64,000 nt of DNA from Adineta vaga (taxonomy: Eukaryota > Animalia > Rotifera), in the NCBI GenBank assembly GCA_021613535.1, contig CP075497.1, positions 2,356,001-2,420,000 of the forward strand, read 5' to 3'. The notes under the pieces were generated by a model that was not told where the DNA came from, did no database searches, and saw nothing but the letters and a program-made list of their open reading frames with translations. Positions 26,892-42,497 of this stretch are shown in pieces (the stretch's first letter is position 1; the number at the start of each line of letters is the position of its first letter). A program made the position numbers and the translations under genes.

Positions 26892-28418
26892 ATGTCGGAA
26901 ATATCCGGTCAATGTGAAGATCAATCATGTTTAAATCACTTAAAGGCGATTAGTCGTGTTTTTCCTTGCTTATATCATTGTCAGAAAATGTTATGTATTC
27001 AACATCTATCCGAACATGATAAATATATTGAAAAACAACTTCAATATCAAAATCAATTAGAAGATTTATGGACAAATTATCATTCACTGTTTAATGAAGA
27101 AAAAGTTGAAGAAGAATTTCAAAAATTAAAGATTAAATTGGACAATTTTCGACAATTAAATCATGAAATCAAACATTTATTATCCCTGAAGAATTTTCAT
27201 GATTCAATTGAAAATAATGAAAAGTTACAAATCGGAATTCAAATGGTACAAAAAGCCATTGAACAAGAAAATCAATCCGAATCCATGATCAGTATGTGAT
27301 TGAATTCTATTACAACGAAAAAATAGAACGAATTGTTTAGATACTGTACATCTAAAAACCGAATTAATTGAAGATGAAAATCATTCAACAATCGATTTTG
27401 GTAAATTCAAAATTTCTTTTGTATTTAGAGACGATGATTTATGGGTTATTTTAGAATATTTGGCTTCATCGGATACGACAAATGATGGTGAATGAGTTCA
27501 ATGAATGTTTTTCTACAAGAAATTTCTATTTTATTGTTTGAATGTATGTTTAGGCTCTGAAACCGGTGATTCTTTTCCTTCATTTTCAAATACTAATGCA
27601 AATTCACCGTAGGTTAAAGATAATTTATGCTAATTTTAACATTCTTTTCATTTGATTTTCAAGTCCGATTGCACAAGAAGATGACGATTTTGAAAATATG
27701 GATGAATGTAATGATTTCGATTGAATTTGATGTTCATTTTCTGATTTATTTTCAGCTGATGAACATGAAAACAATATGGAATCAGAAACTGAAGATAATA
27801 CGATGGATGAAAATAATTGTGGAACTAAAATAACTGTAAGTTTTCAATACAAAAATTTCCTATTCGAACTTGTTTTTTTCACTGTCATATAATTTTTAGT
27901 CTCGTCTAAGTATTGTCGCATCGAAAATTCGTGATTACTGTCCTTTAACACATGATGGAGCTTTCGGTATTAATGCTGAGACTCACGGAGTACGTTTATG
28001 TCCAAAAAAACCTCTTGCACATCAGCGTACATATCGTTTAAATGAACATTTTCGTCGTGTTCATCATTTAACTGGATTTGCATCTTTAGCACTTGCTCGT
28101 GCAGTTGGTGCTAAACAAAATCCATTAACAACACGATTATTCAATGATCATGACACAATTCTTAATATTGAGGAATTACGAACGATTAATTGTCCAATAA
28201 ACCAACCATTTCTCCATCATTCTTTACTTCAAATTGAAAATTATCCATGTAAAACAGTGCGACAAGTTCGACATTTACGTGATCATCTAAAACGTTCTCA
28301 TAAATTTACCAATCGAGCTGCAAATATTATTGTCAAAGCAGTTAAAAACAATAGACCAGTTCATATGATTGAATTTCCTCAATGGATCAATGTTCTCGAA
28401 GATGAAAATCCTTTCTAA
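26892..28418 (+). CDS. Lineage-specific B-box-like/coiled-coil/zinc-finger protein, paralog B
   Basis: N-terminal CEDQSC...FPCLYHCQKMLCIQHLSEHD; C-terminal YCPLTHDGAFGI...LCP...HFRRVH and LRDHLKRSH; stop TAA at 28416-28418. Confidence 0.75.
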
Positions 28419-29095
28419 ATATTTTACAGATTCTCTTTTTTATTGACATTTTCGTTTTGTTATGTAAATATTTCTCCAGAGAGTTTTTTTTTAAATGAAT
28501 GAAAAGATCGAAATATAATATGATGAATATATCCAAACTTGTCTTTTAATTTATTATTTAGTATTACCGATTGCGAACAATTGATTTGACAATCGAAGAA
28601 ATGCTTTTAATTCCAATGACATTTCAAATCGGCTGTCATAACGAATGATTAATCAGAAGAAAATAAAAACGAGAAGAAGAAAGCAAAGCAAGACATCCGG
28701 TATGGAAAACAAAACGACTAAAATAACAATAACACCATTAATCGTCATGCTTGACAATATCCAAATCATGTCCTTGAAGAAGTTCGATGACTTGTTTGCA
28801 CGGCAATCTTATGCAAATCAGTATTTGTTAATGTCTTTTCAAAACACAATCGTTTCAACGTCACAGCAGTCAACAAGACAATCATCGAATCCATTATTCA
28901 TGATGAACATTTTTCTTTACCAATGAATTCAGTATGTTAACTATTTTTTTCTTCTTAGAAAGGAAATGTGTGCCTCTATCGGGTTGTGGAGGCGTAATTT
29001 ATTGAAATGCTTTGTCTATATAAATCGAACTACTTTGTTTTTTCTCACAAAAAAACCGACTCATACTTGCGATTATTCATTCACGTCAAATAGCA

Positions 29096-31040
<1,945 letters not shown>

Positions 31041-33923
31041 ACTAAACTTTAATATTGAACATAAAAACCGAATGTGTTTGCTTGACCCCATATTCTATTT
31101 AAAGAATAAAATGATTTAAACGAAATAAATGACAAAATAGATCAAAATGATTATCCAATGAGATGATAAAATACATCCAACAGATCAATATAATCATAAT
31201 CAACGATGATAAATGTGAATCTATTGAAGTATCTTCAATGAGAAATTTTTGTTCACTATTCATTGCAATGCGCCAAAAAATAAGGATAGTTTAAAAGAAA
31301 TTTCTCTTTCTCAGGCGTAAAATTCGTTGACACCATTCTCCTATGAATATATACATATGCGCATGAAACGTTTAGAGATGAAAGAAGTATGTTTCTATCG
31401 ACATTTGACTTGACACACACACACACCGGTTGTTGGACCGATATCAACACCTCATAATGCACACGGGACGGCGAGTTTCAGAAGCAAGCGAAAAATGACA
31501 TATGGTGTTAAAAGTCGTAAAAAAAATGAATTTTTTATTTTTTAACTCATCAAGAAAACACAAAGACATACTCGAATGATTAAATCAAACGGTTCATTTT
31601 TTGTCGTCGAACGATTTTTATATAATAATAAGCGCGTGTACGCTCTGATCGTCACAGTCAGTGTTCATCCTGATCTCTAATTAGCATAAAGTTTGAAAAT
31701 GAAACATCTCTCTAATTGAACAAGTGCGCGTCCAAACACCTCAAACAGGTCAAAACTCAGTAGGTGGTCTACAATGATGACTAGTTACACGTTTTCCTTT
31801 TCGATTTTTTTGTGTTTTTACCGCATAGGTAAAGTTATTGATCCATGAATTGTCTCCCTTCTTCAAGGGTGATGATAGTGGCTTGAGGCAGCGTTAAAAA
31901 ACATTGGGTGTGGACATGTGAAAGGAACAGCATAGAAATATAAATGTTATACAATTAAAACGATGTTCTTTCGCACTATAATTTATGAGAGAAATAACCG
32001 GATGCAATGTGAATAAATATATTTTTATAGAGATAAAAAAACAAAAACGTTCGAATCGATCAGATGAGATACAAAACTCAGCAGGTGCCTTGATCTATCT
32101 GTTCGAACAGTCTGTCTACTAATAATCAATTTCTTTTTTTGTTGTTACTCTATTCTTCGAAGGTGACAAACCGATCACAATTAGTCTACTTATGCATGCA
32201 GTGTATGAAACGACGAACGAGATCAATCATGTGTCTGTTACAATTCTAAAAACGTAATACTAGCGAAAGCAATTGTGCGTAAAATAGACTCAAGTTAAAT
32301 TAATCTTTAATGTATATATGAAGTGAAGCATAGAAAATAATCTTTTTTTTCCAAAATTAAATCGATTTCACTTTCTCTCGATGTATTTCATGTCTTTATT
32401 ACTAGCAATTTATCCATTTTCTTGCCGACATATTTGTCCAAGATTGAGACTTATGATTAACAGCAACATTGTCAAACATATTGAACCCTTTCAAATATTC
32501 TTAGTACGCGTGGATACAAGGTCATGAATATTTCTTTTTTTCTCTCTCTCTATTCTTATGATATAATGAACGATTAAATTGACACATTTTCTAAACCTTT
32601 TAATTCTTTTTCGTTTAATAACCGACAGGATCAAAGCATTTAAAAGAGTGTTAAAAACAGCAGCAAGAGGAGCCGATCGAAGAAAAAGATATAGCTTTAA
32701 GCAGCAAGTAACTTGTTGATTCCAATTTTCAGCATTCGATTCAAAGAGATGCGGAATGAATATTGATCGTATGATAAAACTAACTAATTCTTTTAGAACA
32801 AAAATAAATAAAACGAAAGTCATTATATCTTTTCTCTTAACACATTGAATTTTCATGACTCTAATTGATTATATTTCCAAAATTACTTGTCGCTCTTTAC
32901 ACATACACACATTTCGTCGTTATTATTCTAACAGAAAATAATGTATGAATGTGATCTTACTTGACCATGGAAAGAACATCTATATAATTAGGTGTAAGAT
33001 CAAAATGATTCTCTAATCGTTGTGTGATGATTGTTATCTTCACTAAGTCGCATCAGATAATCAATTAAATAATGCCCTAAAACATTTTTTCTCATCCCTA
33101 TAATAAAAACCGATGATCCGTTTATCGAACCGTTTTGTTGTTTAGTTTTAACATGTGATGAAAAAAAGAAGACGAAGAAAATTAGTCCATATGTTTTCTA
33201 AATTGACAAGCATCATCGTTTTTTTGCCATCAGGCTGTGATGTAATGCTGTCAAGTTGTCTCATCTTTTTAATCTTGTTTAGTGTTTACTTAAAATGCAC
33301 GCGATAGATTTCATGTGTGGAAAGAACAAACTGACAATTGTGAAACGAATCTGTGATATATTTTTTTTTCAATTCAATAATTCAATGAAGTTCTCTCGAG
33401 ATCTTCATTTACATATTTGATGTTTATTTTATTAATAGGAAGAGCATATGTATCCGCATGGTTCACTTGTTCATTTGACACCTTATCAAACCGAAACGAC
33501 AAACTCATTCCGCTATCTCTTTCTCTCACGATCGCACTTATTTCATAGTTCATTTAATGAGCTCATCGTTCGTTGAAGATATACGTTTAATTTGTTAAAA
33601 TAAAACAGCTGACAATTAATTTCATTGATGATTAGATCAACAAGTTAAATATATATACAATCATCTTAAAATTATAAGAACTTTACAATGACAATGAAAA
33701 GAATTCTCTCCAATTTGATTGGTTCATGGTTGTCGAACAGAGAGAGAAAACGAGAATGAGAGAAAAAAAAGGAGGAAGAAGAGAAAAAGAAGAAGGCAAT
33801 TTCTCTTCTTTTATTATCAACAGGAAACAGAAAAGAGTGTCTTTTTTGTCAAGTTTTTTTACGTGAGGAAGAAGGGTGTGGTTACTTAAAGTTTGTGTGA
33901 AAAAAATTATCGAAATTATTGTC

Positions 33924-35457
33924 ATGCTTGACGACAACAATCTTTTTCAACGTGCTGCTTCATCCGCCTATGCATCCATGGCAGCATTTACTGCTGCAGC
34001 AAATATGTACAATTCATTTTATCCATCACCATCAAATACAAATACAAATATGGATCCAGTGAATTATTTTAATTGTCAAGGTAGATGAAGAATAAAATTG
34101 AAATGAAAGAATCCAATTCTCTTCTTTTAGATATGAAACGAGAAAGACTGGATTCAAAAGTTCGTGTTAAACTTGAAGATATGGATTTATGGGCACGATT
34201 TTATTCATTAGGAAATGAAATGATCATCACAAAGTAATCATTTTTTAAATGTTTTCTATTCAATAAAAATATCTCGTTTTCAAGTAGAAATGGCCGTCGT
34301 CTTTTTCCAAATCTTCGTCTGAATGTTAGTGAACTCGATCCAAATACAAAATATATGTTTCTATTAGATATTGTACCAATGGATGATAATCGATATAAAT
34401 ATCACGAATCATCATGGAATATATCTGGTAAAGCTGAACCACATATCTATGGCCGGTAAGAAGCATTCGATTGTGTATTGATATCAATCCATTAAACAAT
34501 TCTTTTCTTTAGATATTATGTTCATCCAGATAGTCCACAAACAGGTTCACAATGGATGAAACAATCGATTCTTTTCAATAAAGTAAAGATAACCAATAGT
34601 CCAGTACAAAATCCTAATCATGTAAGTTGTTTTCTTTTCTTTTGAAAAGAAAATGATTTTGAACGTTTTGTTTAATATTAAAGATTATTTTGAATTCAAT
34701 GCATCGATATATTCCACGTTTACATATTGTTCAAGCAGCGGATAGTTATTCAATGCGAACAGGTCCTTTAAGTACATTTGTTTTCCAAGAAACGGCTTTT
34801 ATTGCAGTAACAGCGTATCAAAATGATCAAGTATGTCAATTATCGGGAGAATTTCTTTGTAATCATCGTCTTTTTCTTTGTTAGATTACAAAATTAAAAA
34901 TTAATAACAATCCATTTGCCAAAGGTTTTCGTGAACCAACACATGGAAAAAAGTAAGATTGATCTTTTCGAAAAACAAAAGAGATCTAAAAAATTTCTAT
35001 GATAGAATTAATGCCAAACCATTAAAACGACTTCAATCAAGTTTACCATCTGATAAACCATTAAAATATGATGAAAATCTTCATCGTCCATATAAAAGTG
35101 ATTCATCTTTATTATCTGTCAATTCGAGTTCTCCACCATTACAATCGATCATGCATGGTGCAATAGCTGATTCCACTACTCCTTCTTATTTAGACAATAG
35201 TATAGGCTCATGAACAAGACAGTGATATCAATCCAATGAATTTTTCATCATCATATCATCAACATTTCCCATCCAATACTTTCTACAGTAGTTATGCCAG
35301 TGATTCATCGTCGATGATTTATAATCCGGCATATACATATATGGCTCCACCATCCAATTCAATTCCTTCAACATCCACTCCAATGCATTTTAATCCATAT
35401 GGAAGATATCCTTCATCAGTTTATCCAACAAATAATTACAATCCGGCATTTTTTTGA
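33924..35457 (+). CDS. T-box transcription factor, tandem copy 1 (junction to last coding segment unresolved)
   Basis: [71 protein letters not shown]. Confidence 0.9.
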
Positions 35458-36112
35458 CATAAACATAGCATTTCTTCTATTCTTCATGTTTGTTGTTTTT
35501 CTTCTTCTTCTTCTACTACTTTTTTTTGTCTTGTGTATATTTATTCCATAATAAAATCTAACAATCAATTTGAAATGATTTTAATTACTCAAATGACTAA
35601 CTGAACGTGTCAATGCATCGAATATATTATACATTTACGAGAATAGTTTAGTTTAATATAGTAAATGGGATTTTCACACTCATAGAATGTATCCTCTTGT
35701 GCATTCGGTGACATTATTGAGAGAGAGAGAAAGAAAAACCAATAGGAGACAAATATTCGTTTTCAATGTTGTGCTTCTCTATTCATAAACGATTATAGTC
35801 ACACATCATAAAAAGCTAAAACGTATGCTTTAATCGAAGTAGAAATGTCCATGAAAGAAAAAAGAAGAATATGAACTACCTTTCAGATGTTTAGTTCGAT
35901 AAAAAGAGAGAGGGAGAGAAAAAAGAATTTTCCTTTTTTTCCATTGGACGAACGAGATCATTGGATGTGAAGCGAATAAAAGAAAGAGAAAATTTCTCCA
36001 CTTCACTCTCTTTCTTTCTCTCTCTCGTCGTGTTACAGCATTATGCCAATTGTTTTGACCTGAACATAAGCGATATACATCACACATCAAGATCGATTGA
36101 ATTACATCAGAA

Positions 36113-38190
36113 ATGTTATCCTATTTACAACCACAACTTGGATCTGAGTCGATGCTTGCCATCTGTTCAACATCTTCGGATGAAGGAAATAAATCTACAT
36201 ATCCCAATGAAGATGAAACTGAGACCATATTTAATTCAGCAAGTTCATCAACACGAATGCCTTACCATCATCCTCATCATCGATCACCAGTACCATTTGG
36301 TTATGGACATACATCAACACCAGCTTATGGCTTTGGTTTTGGTTTTTGTGATGAAATGTCACCTTTTTCTGGTAATTATTGAAAAACTGAATTGGACTTT
36401 GAGCATAATTGAAAATCATTTAGATACTAGTCGATCACCTTATACATTTATTCATACAACTAAACGTGCTGATCCAAATATAGATGTCAAACTTGAAAAT
36501 TTAGATTTATGGAAACGTTTTGCTGCATTAAATTTAGAAATGATCATTACAAAAAATGGAAGGTAAAGATATATGCATATACTTTCTTTTTGAGATTCTA
36601 TCGAAGAACAATTAACTGACAAGTCACTTGATCGTTCTCGTCATTTAAGTGGCCTGACTAGTTGATCAAGTTGTATGTATGTGTTCTCTCCCTCTCGTTC
36701 TCTCTCTGCTCACCTTATTGTCTGAATCTCTTGAGAGATGTGCGTTCATGCCCAGTTGGTGTTTCATATTTTGAGTAGGTGACATGACCACTGTTGGATA
36801 CATCTGCTCGTTGACTGACGCTTCCTTATTGTCTGACGTCAATGATGATTGAACAACTAATTGATTTTTTCATCTTCAAACTCAGCAGTGATCAATGTTT
36901 ACATATCATTTTTTTTCTCGTTTGTAGACGAATGTTTCCAACATACAAGGTCTCATTGACTGGACTTGATCCAACAAGTAAATATATCATCTATATGGAT
37001 GTTGTACCTGTAGACAATCATCGATATAAATATCATAATTCTCATTGGATGATTACGGGTGCAGCTGAACCACATAGTAAGTTGATTGTCTTCGAATCAA
37101 ATCAAACAATTTTCTTTTCGTTTTTTTTTCTAAATAGTGCCTGGACGATTCTATCCTCATCCCGATAGTAATTCTACAGGAGCACAATTAATGAAACAAC
37201 CATTATCATTTAGTAAACTGAAATTAACTAATAATACTGCTGATCAAAATGGACATGTATATTTTGTTATCTTCAAATCTCATTTATCTATATTTTAATT
37301 TTCGAATTTAGATTGTATTAAATTCTATGCATAAATATATTCCTCGTCTTCATATAATTCAAGCAATGAATCCATCAAATAATGATATGAAATTATCTAT
37401 GGCACCATTTGATAATGTCAATGTATTCGTTTTTCCAGAGACTCAATTTATTGCCGTTACAGCATATCAAAACGAACGAGTAAAAAGATTTCTTTTTCTT
37501 TTCTTTTGAAATACCGATTAATTTTATCCTTGTTCTAGGTCACTCGATTAAAAATTGATCATAATCCAGTAAGTGAAATAAAACGATTACGAAAACAATT
37601 GATTGATTGATTGATCTTTTTAACTAGTTTGCAAAAGGTTTTCGTGAAAACAATGGACATGCGACTCGAAAGTATGTGCTTTATTTCCAAATTAAACTCT
37701 ATATTCTATAATATTCTTGTTTATAGAGATTCAAAAGGAGTAAAACGACATGCTGATGATAATTATAATCGAAGATTAAAATGTGATGGTATGAAATATA
37801 TTTCATTAGTTTTAATTTTTATTATTTTTTTCTTCTAAAGATTTATATTCAACATCTGAATCATTGAAACGATGTAAATCAAGTTCAGGAGAAGAAGATC
37901 ATACATCACCATCTCGTGTTGTACCAACGAGTAGTACAGTTGATGTTCCTGATTCGACAACTCCATTTACAGATCTCTATGAAAATCAATTTCCTTCTCA
38001 TCAAACTCATTTCTATGATCCAAATTTATATTCATCACCTTATTCGCGTTTTACTCCAACATATCCATTTACTTACTCGCCAATGGGACCAACATCTTCA
38101 ACAAATCCATTCACATTGGCAGCAGCTGCTGCAAGTCGATATTCATCTCCGTATACATTTTCATCACCGTACTATCAACATTCAAATTGA
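36113..38190 (+). CDS. T-box transcription factor, tandem copy 2
   Basis: [89 protein letters not shown]; Ser/Pro/Tyr-rich tail. Confidence 0.93.
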
Positions 38191-38503
38191 TCTGAACAAT
38201 TTTTCTGTTTCTTTTCTTTTTAAATTTGTCTATAAAACATTTATCATAGCGTTTGTTGTTTTGGTTTTGCAAAATATAAATATACGTGTAAAAACAATTG
38301 CAAATTCTTTTTTCCAAGTATATTCACTTGTATTTCCCATGTGAAAAGAATGTATTAGGTTAGATCGCTAAACGATTTTGTGATTTCTATTTGTTAAGAA
38401 TACAAGAAAACATCGAATATATGTCAGAAAATGAAATATAATAGATATTTGAAGAAGAAAAAAAATGATACGTTGTCTGTTCTAAAGTGATTCATTTATT
38501 GTT

Positions 38504-39412
38504 TTAAATATGACGTGATAAACCAAAATTTTGACCAGATTGACTTGCACCTTTGTTCATACCATCATTAAGTAAACCGACCATACCTTGTCCAGCACGT
38601 AGTTGTTCTTCTGTGAAGTCACGTTGATTTGCATCAGACATTTTAGGACCAAGACTTGGACCAGTAAATTTCTTTTTTTGTGCATGTCGACCAAGTGCAT
38701 GAATACATTGTGTTACTTGAGGAATATTACGTTTTTCAAAAAGATCAACGGTTTGAAAAAGTTCAGAATCAGGTAAACCATAAGAACGAGCAGCCGTTTC
38801 TATTTATTGATTAAAAATAGAATAAATTTCATTTCATGAGTAGAAAGATGACTTACGAAATGCAGAAACATTTTCACGTAATTTAAAACCTCCACCTGAT
38901 GTACAAATTTTTGCAATAGCACCTGGTTGAAGTTTATTCATCAATCTATCATTATTTTAGTATTTACATATGGTTAAATTGCAGAAGAATGTATAACTTA
39001 CTTGCAAAGAAGAACACCATCTTTAAGAGCATCTTCATAAGGAAGATTTGGAAATTTCTCTCCAATAACAGCTTCAATCCATTCTTGAGCTTCTCGATCA
39101 AGATCTGTACTACGTTTACCAGCAATCTAAACGATATTTATCAATATACATAGAAGAAAAGGAAATAATTGATTACGCTTTATATAATGATTCTATGACG
39201 ATAGCTCAAGGTCTACAATAGTTCATGGTTTGCAATTAAGGGACAGAAAGAACTATTGCACATATTCGTACTACGTAGTATTTCTTTTCTTTTTATAGAA
39301 AAAGCAAATTGTTTATGAAGTTATATAGCGAACTATTGAATATCGGATAAGTTTCTATTACCTTTGCTTGATTTTCAGCTAAAGATCCATATGAAGGTCC
39401 GTAATTCGCCAT
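38504..39412 (-). CDS. Myophilin/muscle protein 20 (transgelin-calponin family), copy 1
   Basis: MANYGPSYGSLAENQAK; CH domain (EAQEWIEAVIGEKF, LKDGVLLC, LFQTVDLFEKRNIPQVT); calponin repeat ending QSGQNFGLSRHI*. Confidence 0.92.
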
Positions 39413-41415
39413 ATTCTCGCTTTAACTTTAGCTAACGTACAAAGTAGAAATGATAGTGTTAGAAAAGAGAAGTAATATCAACGAACAGCAATAAATAACT
39501 ATCTGGATATTGCCAACAAAGATATATCCAAAGTAGGCGTAGAGAAAAAGAAAGAGAAAAGAGGAGAAAAAAAGGAAAGAGAAACGACCGGCAAGGACAA
39601 TATTGATAACTTATAGAAAATATTGCATTCATGTTAAAATTGGATGTTACTATATGTGGAATATGGATATATGTAGTCATATCAAGCAGGGTTAATAAGT
39701 TCAAGGATGATATTTATGGCAAGACAATGAAGATTCTACTTTGAAAGTTAATTTAACATAATAAGGAAATAAAAGTAATTATTTTTTTCTAACAGCTGAT
39801 GTACAAAGTACCTGTAACGCTTTGACATTGTTTGCGATGTTAACAGATACTTTTCATCCTCCGAGATAACTCGTCTTATTAGAAACACTGTCTATCTTGC
39901 TAGCTTAGATTTCGATATATGTTAGGCGAACTACATTGCTTATCACTCGACTGAAAATGCTATTCAAAGTAATAAAAGACTTTTCTCAGATGATTATAGG
40001 TATAAACTATTGCTTTTCACAGAATCAACACAATGAATGATATTACATATTCACAAACAAGATGTTCTAATAGTAATAATCAGATCTTTTCTATATCGTA
40101 TTACATGTTATGTTATTGATTATATATATATATCATTATCAACTTCTATCACTGTTACAATGGGATATTATCAAGATACATAGTGAGACCAACTGTTCTC
40201 TCGTTTTTTTTCGATTTCTCAAAGACATCCTTTCTTCCTCAGATGTTTAGATCATGTTACCAAACAGAAAAGTTCTGTTTTTTTTCTTCTACCCATATCC
40301 ATCATGCAACTACATATACTTATAATATGTTAGAAAAGAAAGAACGTCTCATGTCATTCTCTGCGCTTATTAACCTTTAATTTGTGATCCCGCATAAATA
40401 GAACGTGAATATAAATAATGTGTTTTTGTAAATTCATTGATTCATTCTAAACACCTATGAATGGGTGGAATTGTATGAGTTATTCAATGAAATAACACGC
40501 CAATTTCTCTTTGATAAAATGAGTGACCGATTGGAGGTCCATTACATACACAACAAACATCCATTAGACTATTAATATCTGACGACAATGACGTTGACGA
40601 TATAAAGAATTACCGAGAACTTAATCTGATGTAAGCATGATGATGAAGATTGATAATAAATACAATAATGTTTGTATTTTCATCTGTTGATTGTTGTATC
40701 AATACGAATAGAGTTAAATCGTAAATGTATACATAGTCGTGAGAATCACATCAATATAAATAGGAGGAAAATATGCGTAATAATCTATTTTTATCTGCAA
40801 AAACGAGAAAACAATAGTGTAAAATAGTTAAATATCTATCTTTACCATGGTATATATTCATGACAAAAGTAATAGTTGAATTATTCTCGTGTTTTTGCTG
40901 ATAATAACAGGTTATTACGTATATTTTCTTCCTCTTTATGGCGCTACAATACATAGGAATATGTGCGTATTTGCTAATCATTTCTTTTCTGATTCTCAAA
41001 GCAATCTCTAGAAATAGATGAAGATGAGAAAAAAGTGCCATCATTCAATTTGAATTATTCACATGAACTAGAGGAAAACACGCTAAATTAACTATAATGA
41101 TGCCATTCTATACATCCTCAATTGTAATTAATGAATAACTGGTAAGATACTTTTTGTTTATATTTCAAATGTATTTAACTTAAAAAAAAAAAGTACATAA
41201 AACAATTCTTATCTTCGCTTAATTTCCAGCTAATAAAGCATACAATAGCTCATTATTAACTCTTCTTCTTTCACTTTAATATACATGCTAACTAAAAACA
41301 AAAGTTAAAATAAGAAAAAACTGTTATCTAAAAGAAAACCTCTCCAACTATGATGATTAATAATATGAGTTCATGCAATGAATTCTTGTTCAAAATGTTC
41401 GATTTATGTCCTTAT

Positions 41416-42204
41416 TTATATGTGACGTGAAAGGCCAAAGTTTTGACCAGATTGATTCGCTCCTTTATTCATGCCTTCATTCAATAATGGAAGAGCATTT
41501 TTCGCCGCAATTAATTGTTCTTCAGTAAATTCACGTTTATTGCTTTCCGCCATTTTAGGACCAAGTATCGGACCATGAAAATTATGTTTTTGTGCCTGAA
41601 GAAGAAAATTCAAGTTTGCTTTCTACTGGCTTGAATAAAATGCTGACTTACATGTCGGCCAAGTGCAAATAAACATTGTGTCACTTGTGGAATATTACGT
41701 TTTTCAAAAAGATCGACACTTTGAAAGAGTTCTGCATCTTCGAGACCATAACCACGAGCAACATTTTCTAATTTGATTCATATATTCATCTCATTTCTTG
41801 ATGAGAAAAACAATGATTTAATACTTACGAAAAAGTGAAATATTCTCACGTAATTTAAAAGATCCACCTGATGTTGCATATTTTGGGATAGAATTTGGTT
41901 GAAGTTTATTCATCAATCTATCATTGTTTTAGTATTCACATAACGTTCGATCACAAAAGAATATATAACTCACTTGCATAAAATAATACCATCCTTCAAT
42001 GCGTCTTCATAGGAACCACTTGGAAATTTCTCACCAATAATAGCTTCAATCCATTCTTGTACTTGTTGATCAAGTTCTGGATCTCGTTTTGCTGCGATCT
42101 GAATATCAAATACACTTTGGTATATATCAAACAGATATGATGTAGAAACTTACCTTTGCTTGATTCGCAGCCAATGATCCATATGAAGGTCCAATATGAG
42201 CCAT
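41416..42204 (-). CDS. Myophilin/muscle protein 20 (transgelin-calponin family), copy 2
   Basis: MAHIGPSYGSLAANQAK; CH domain; calponin repeat GMNKGANQSGQNFGLSRHI*. Confidence 0.92.
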
Positions 42205-42269
42205 AGTTTTTCACTTAGAATATATAACAGATAAGCTGAGTACAAAGTAAATATATTCGTCAGTTTATA

Positions 42270-42497
42270 TAGATATCCTACAGAAGATGGCGTTCCAAAA
42301 ATGGAAAGAGCAGAGGAAAATATCGCCGAAAAATCCCACGCAGATAATTTTTTTTGCTGAAGATATCGCTATAAACATACATAAGATGGCGTTCCCCCTC
42401 CCCAAAAAAAGAAGAAAATGTTATCAGCAAAAGAACTGGAGAAATATTTTTTTCTCACTGAAGATATCGCTGTAAATATACAGAAGAGGCCGTCCTA
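42270..42497. repeat. Imperfect ~100-bp tandem repeat upstream of myophilin copy 2
   Basis: tacagaagatggcgttcc (about 42279), tacataagatggcgttcc (about 42378) and tacagaagaggccgtcc (about 42479); ctgaagatatcgct precedes the last two. Confidence 0.7.
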
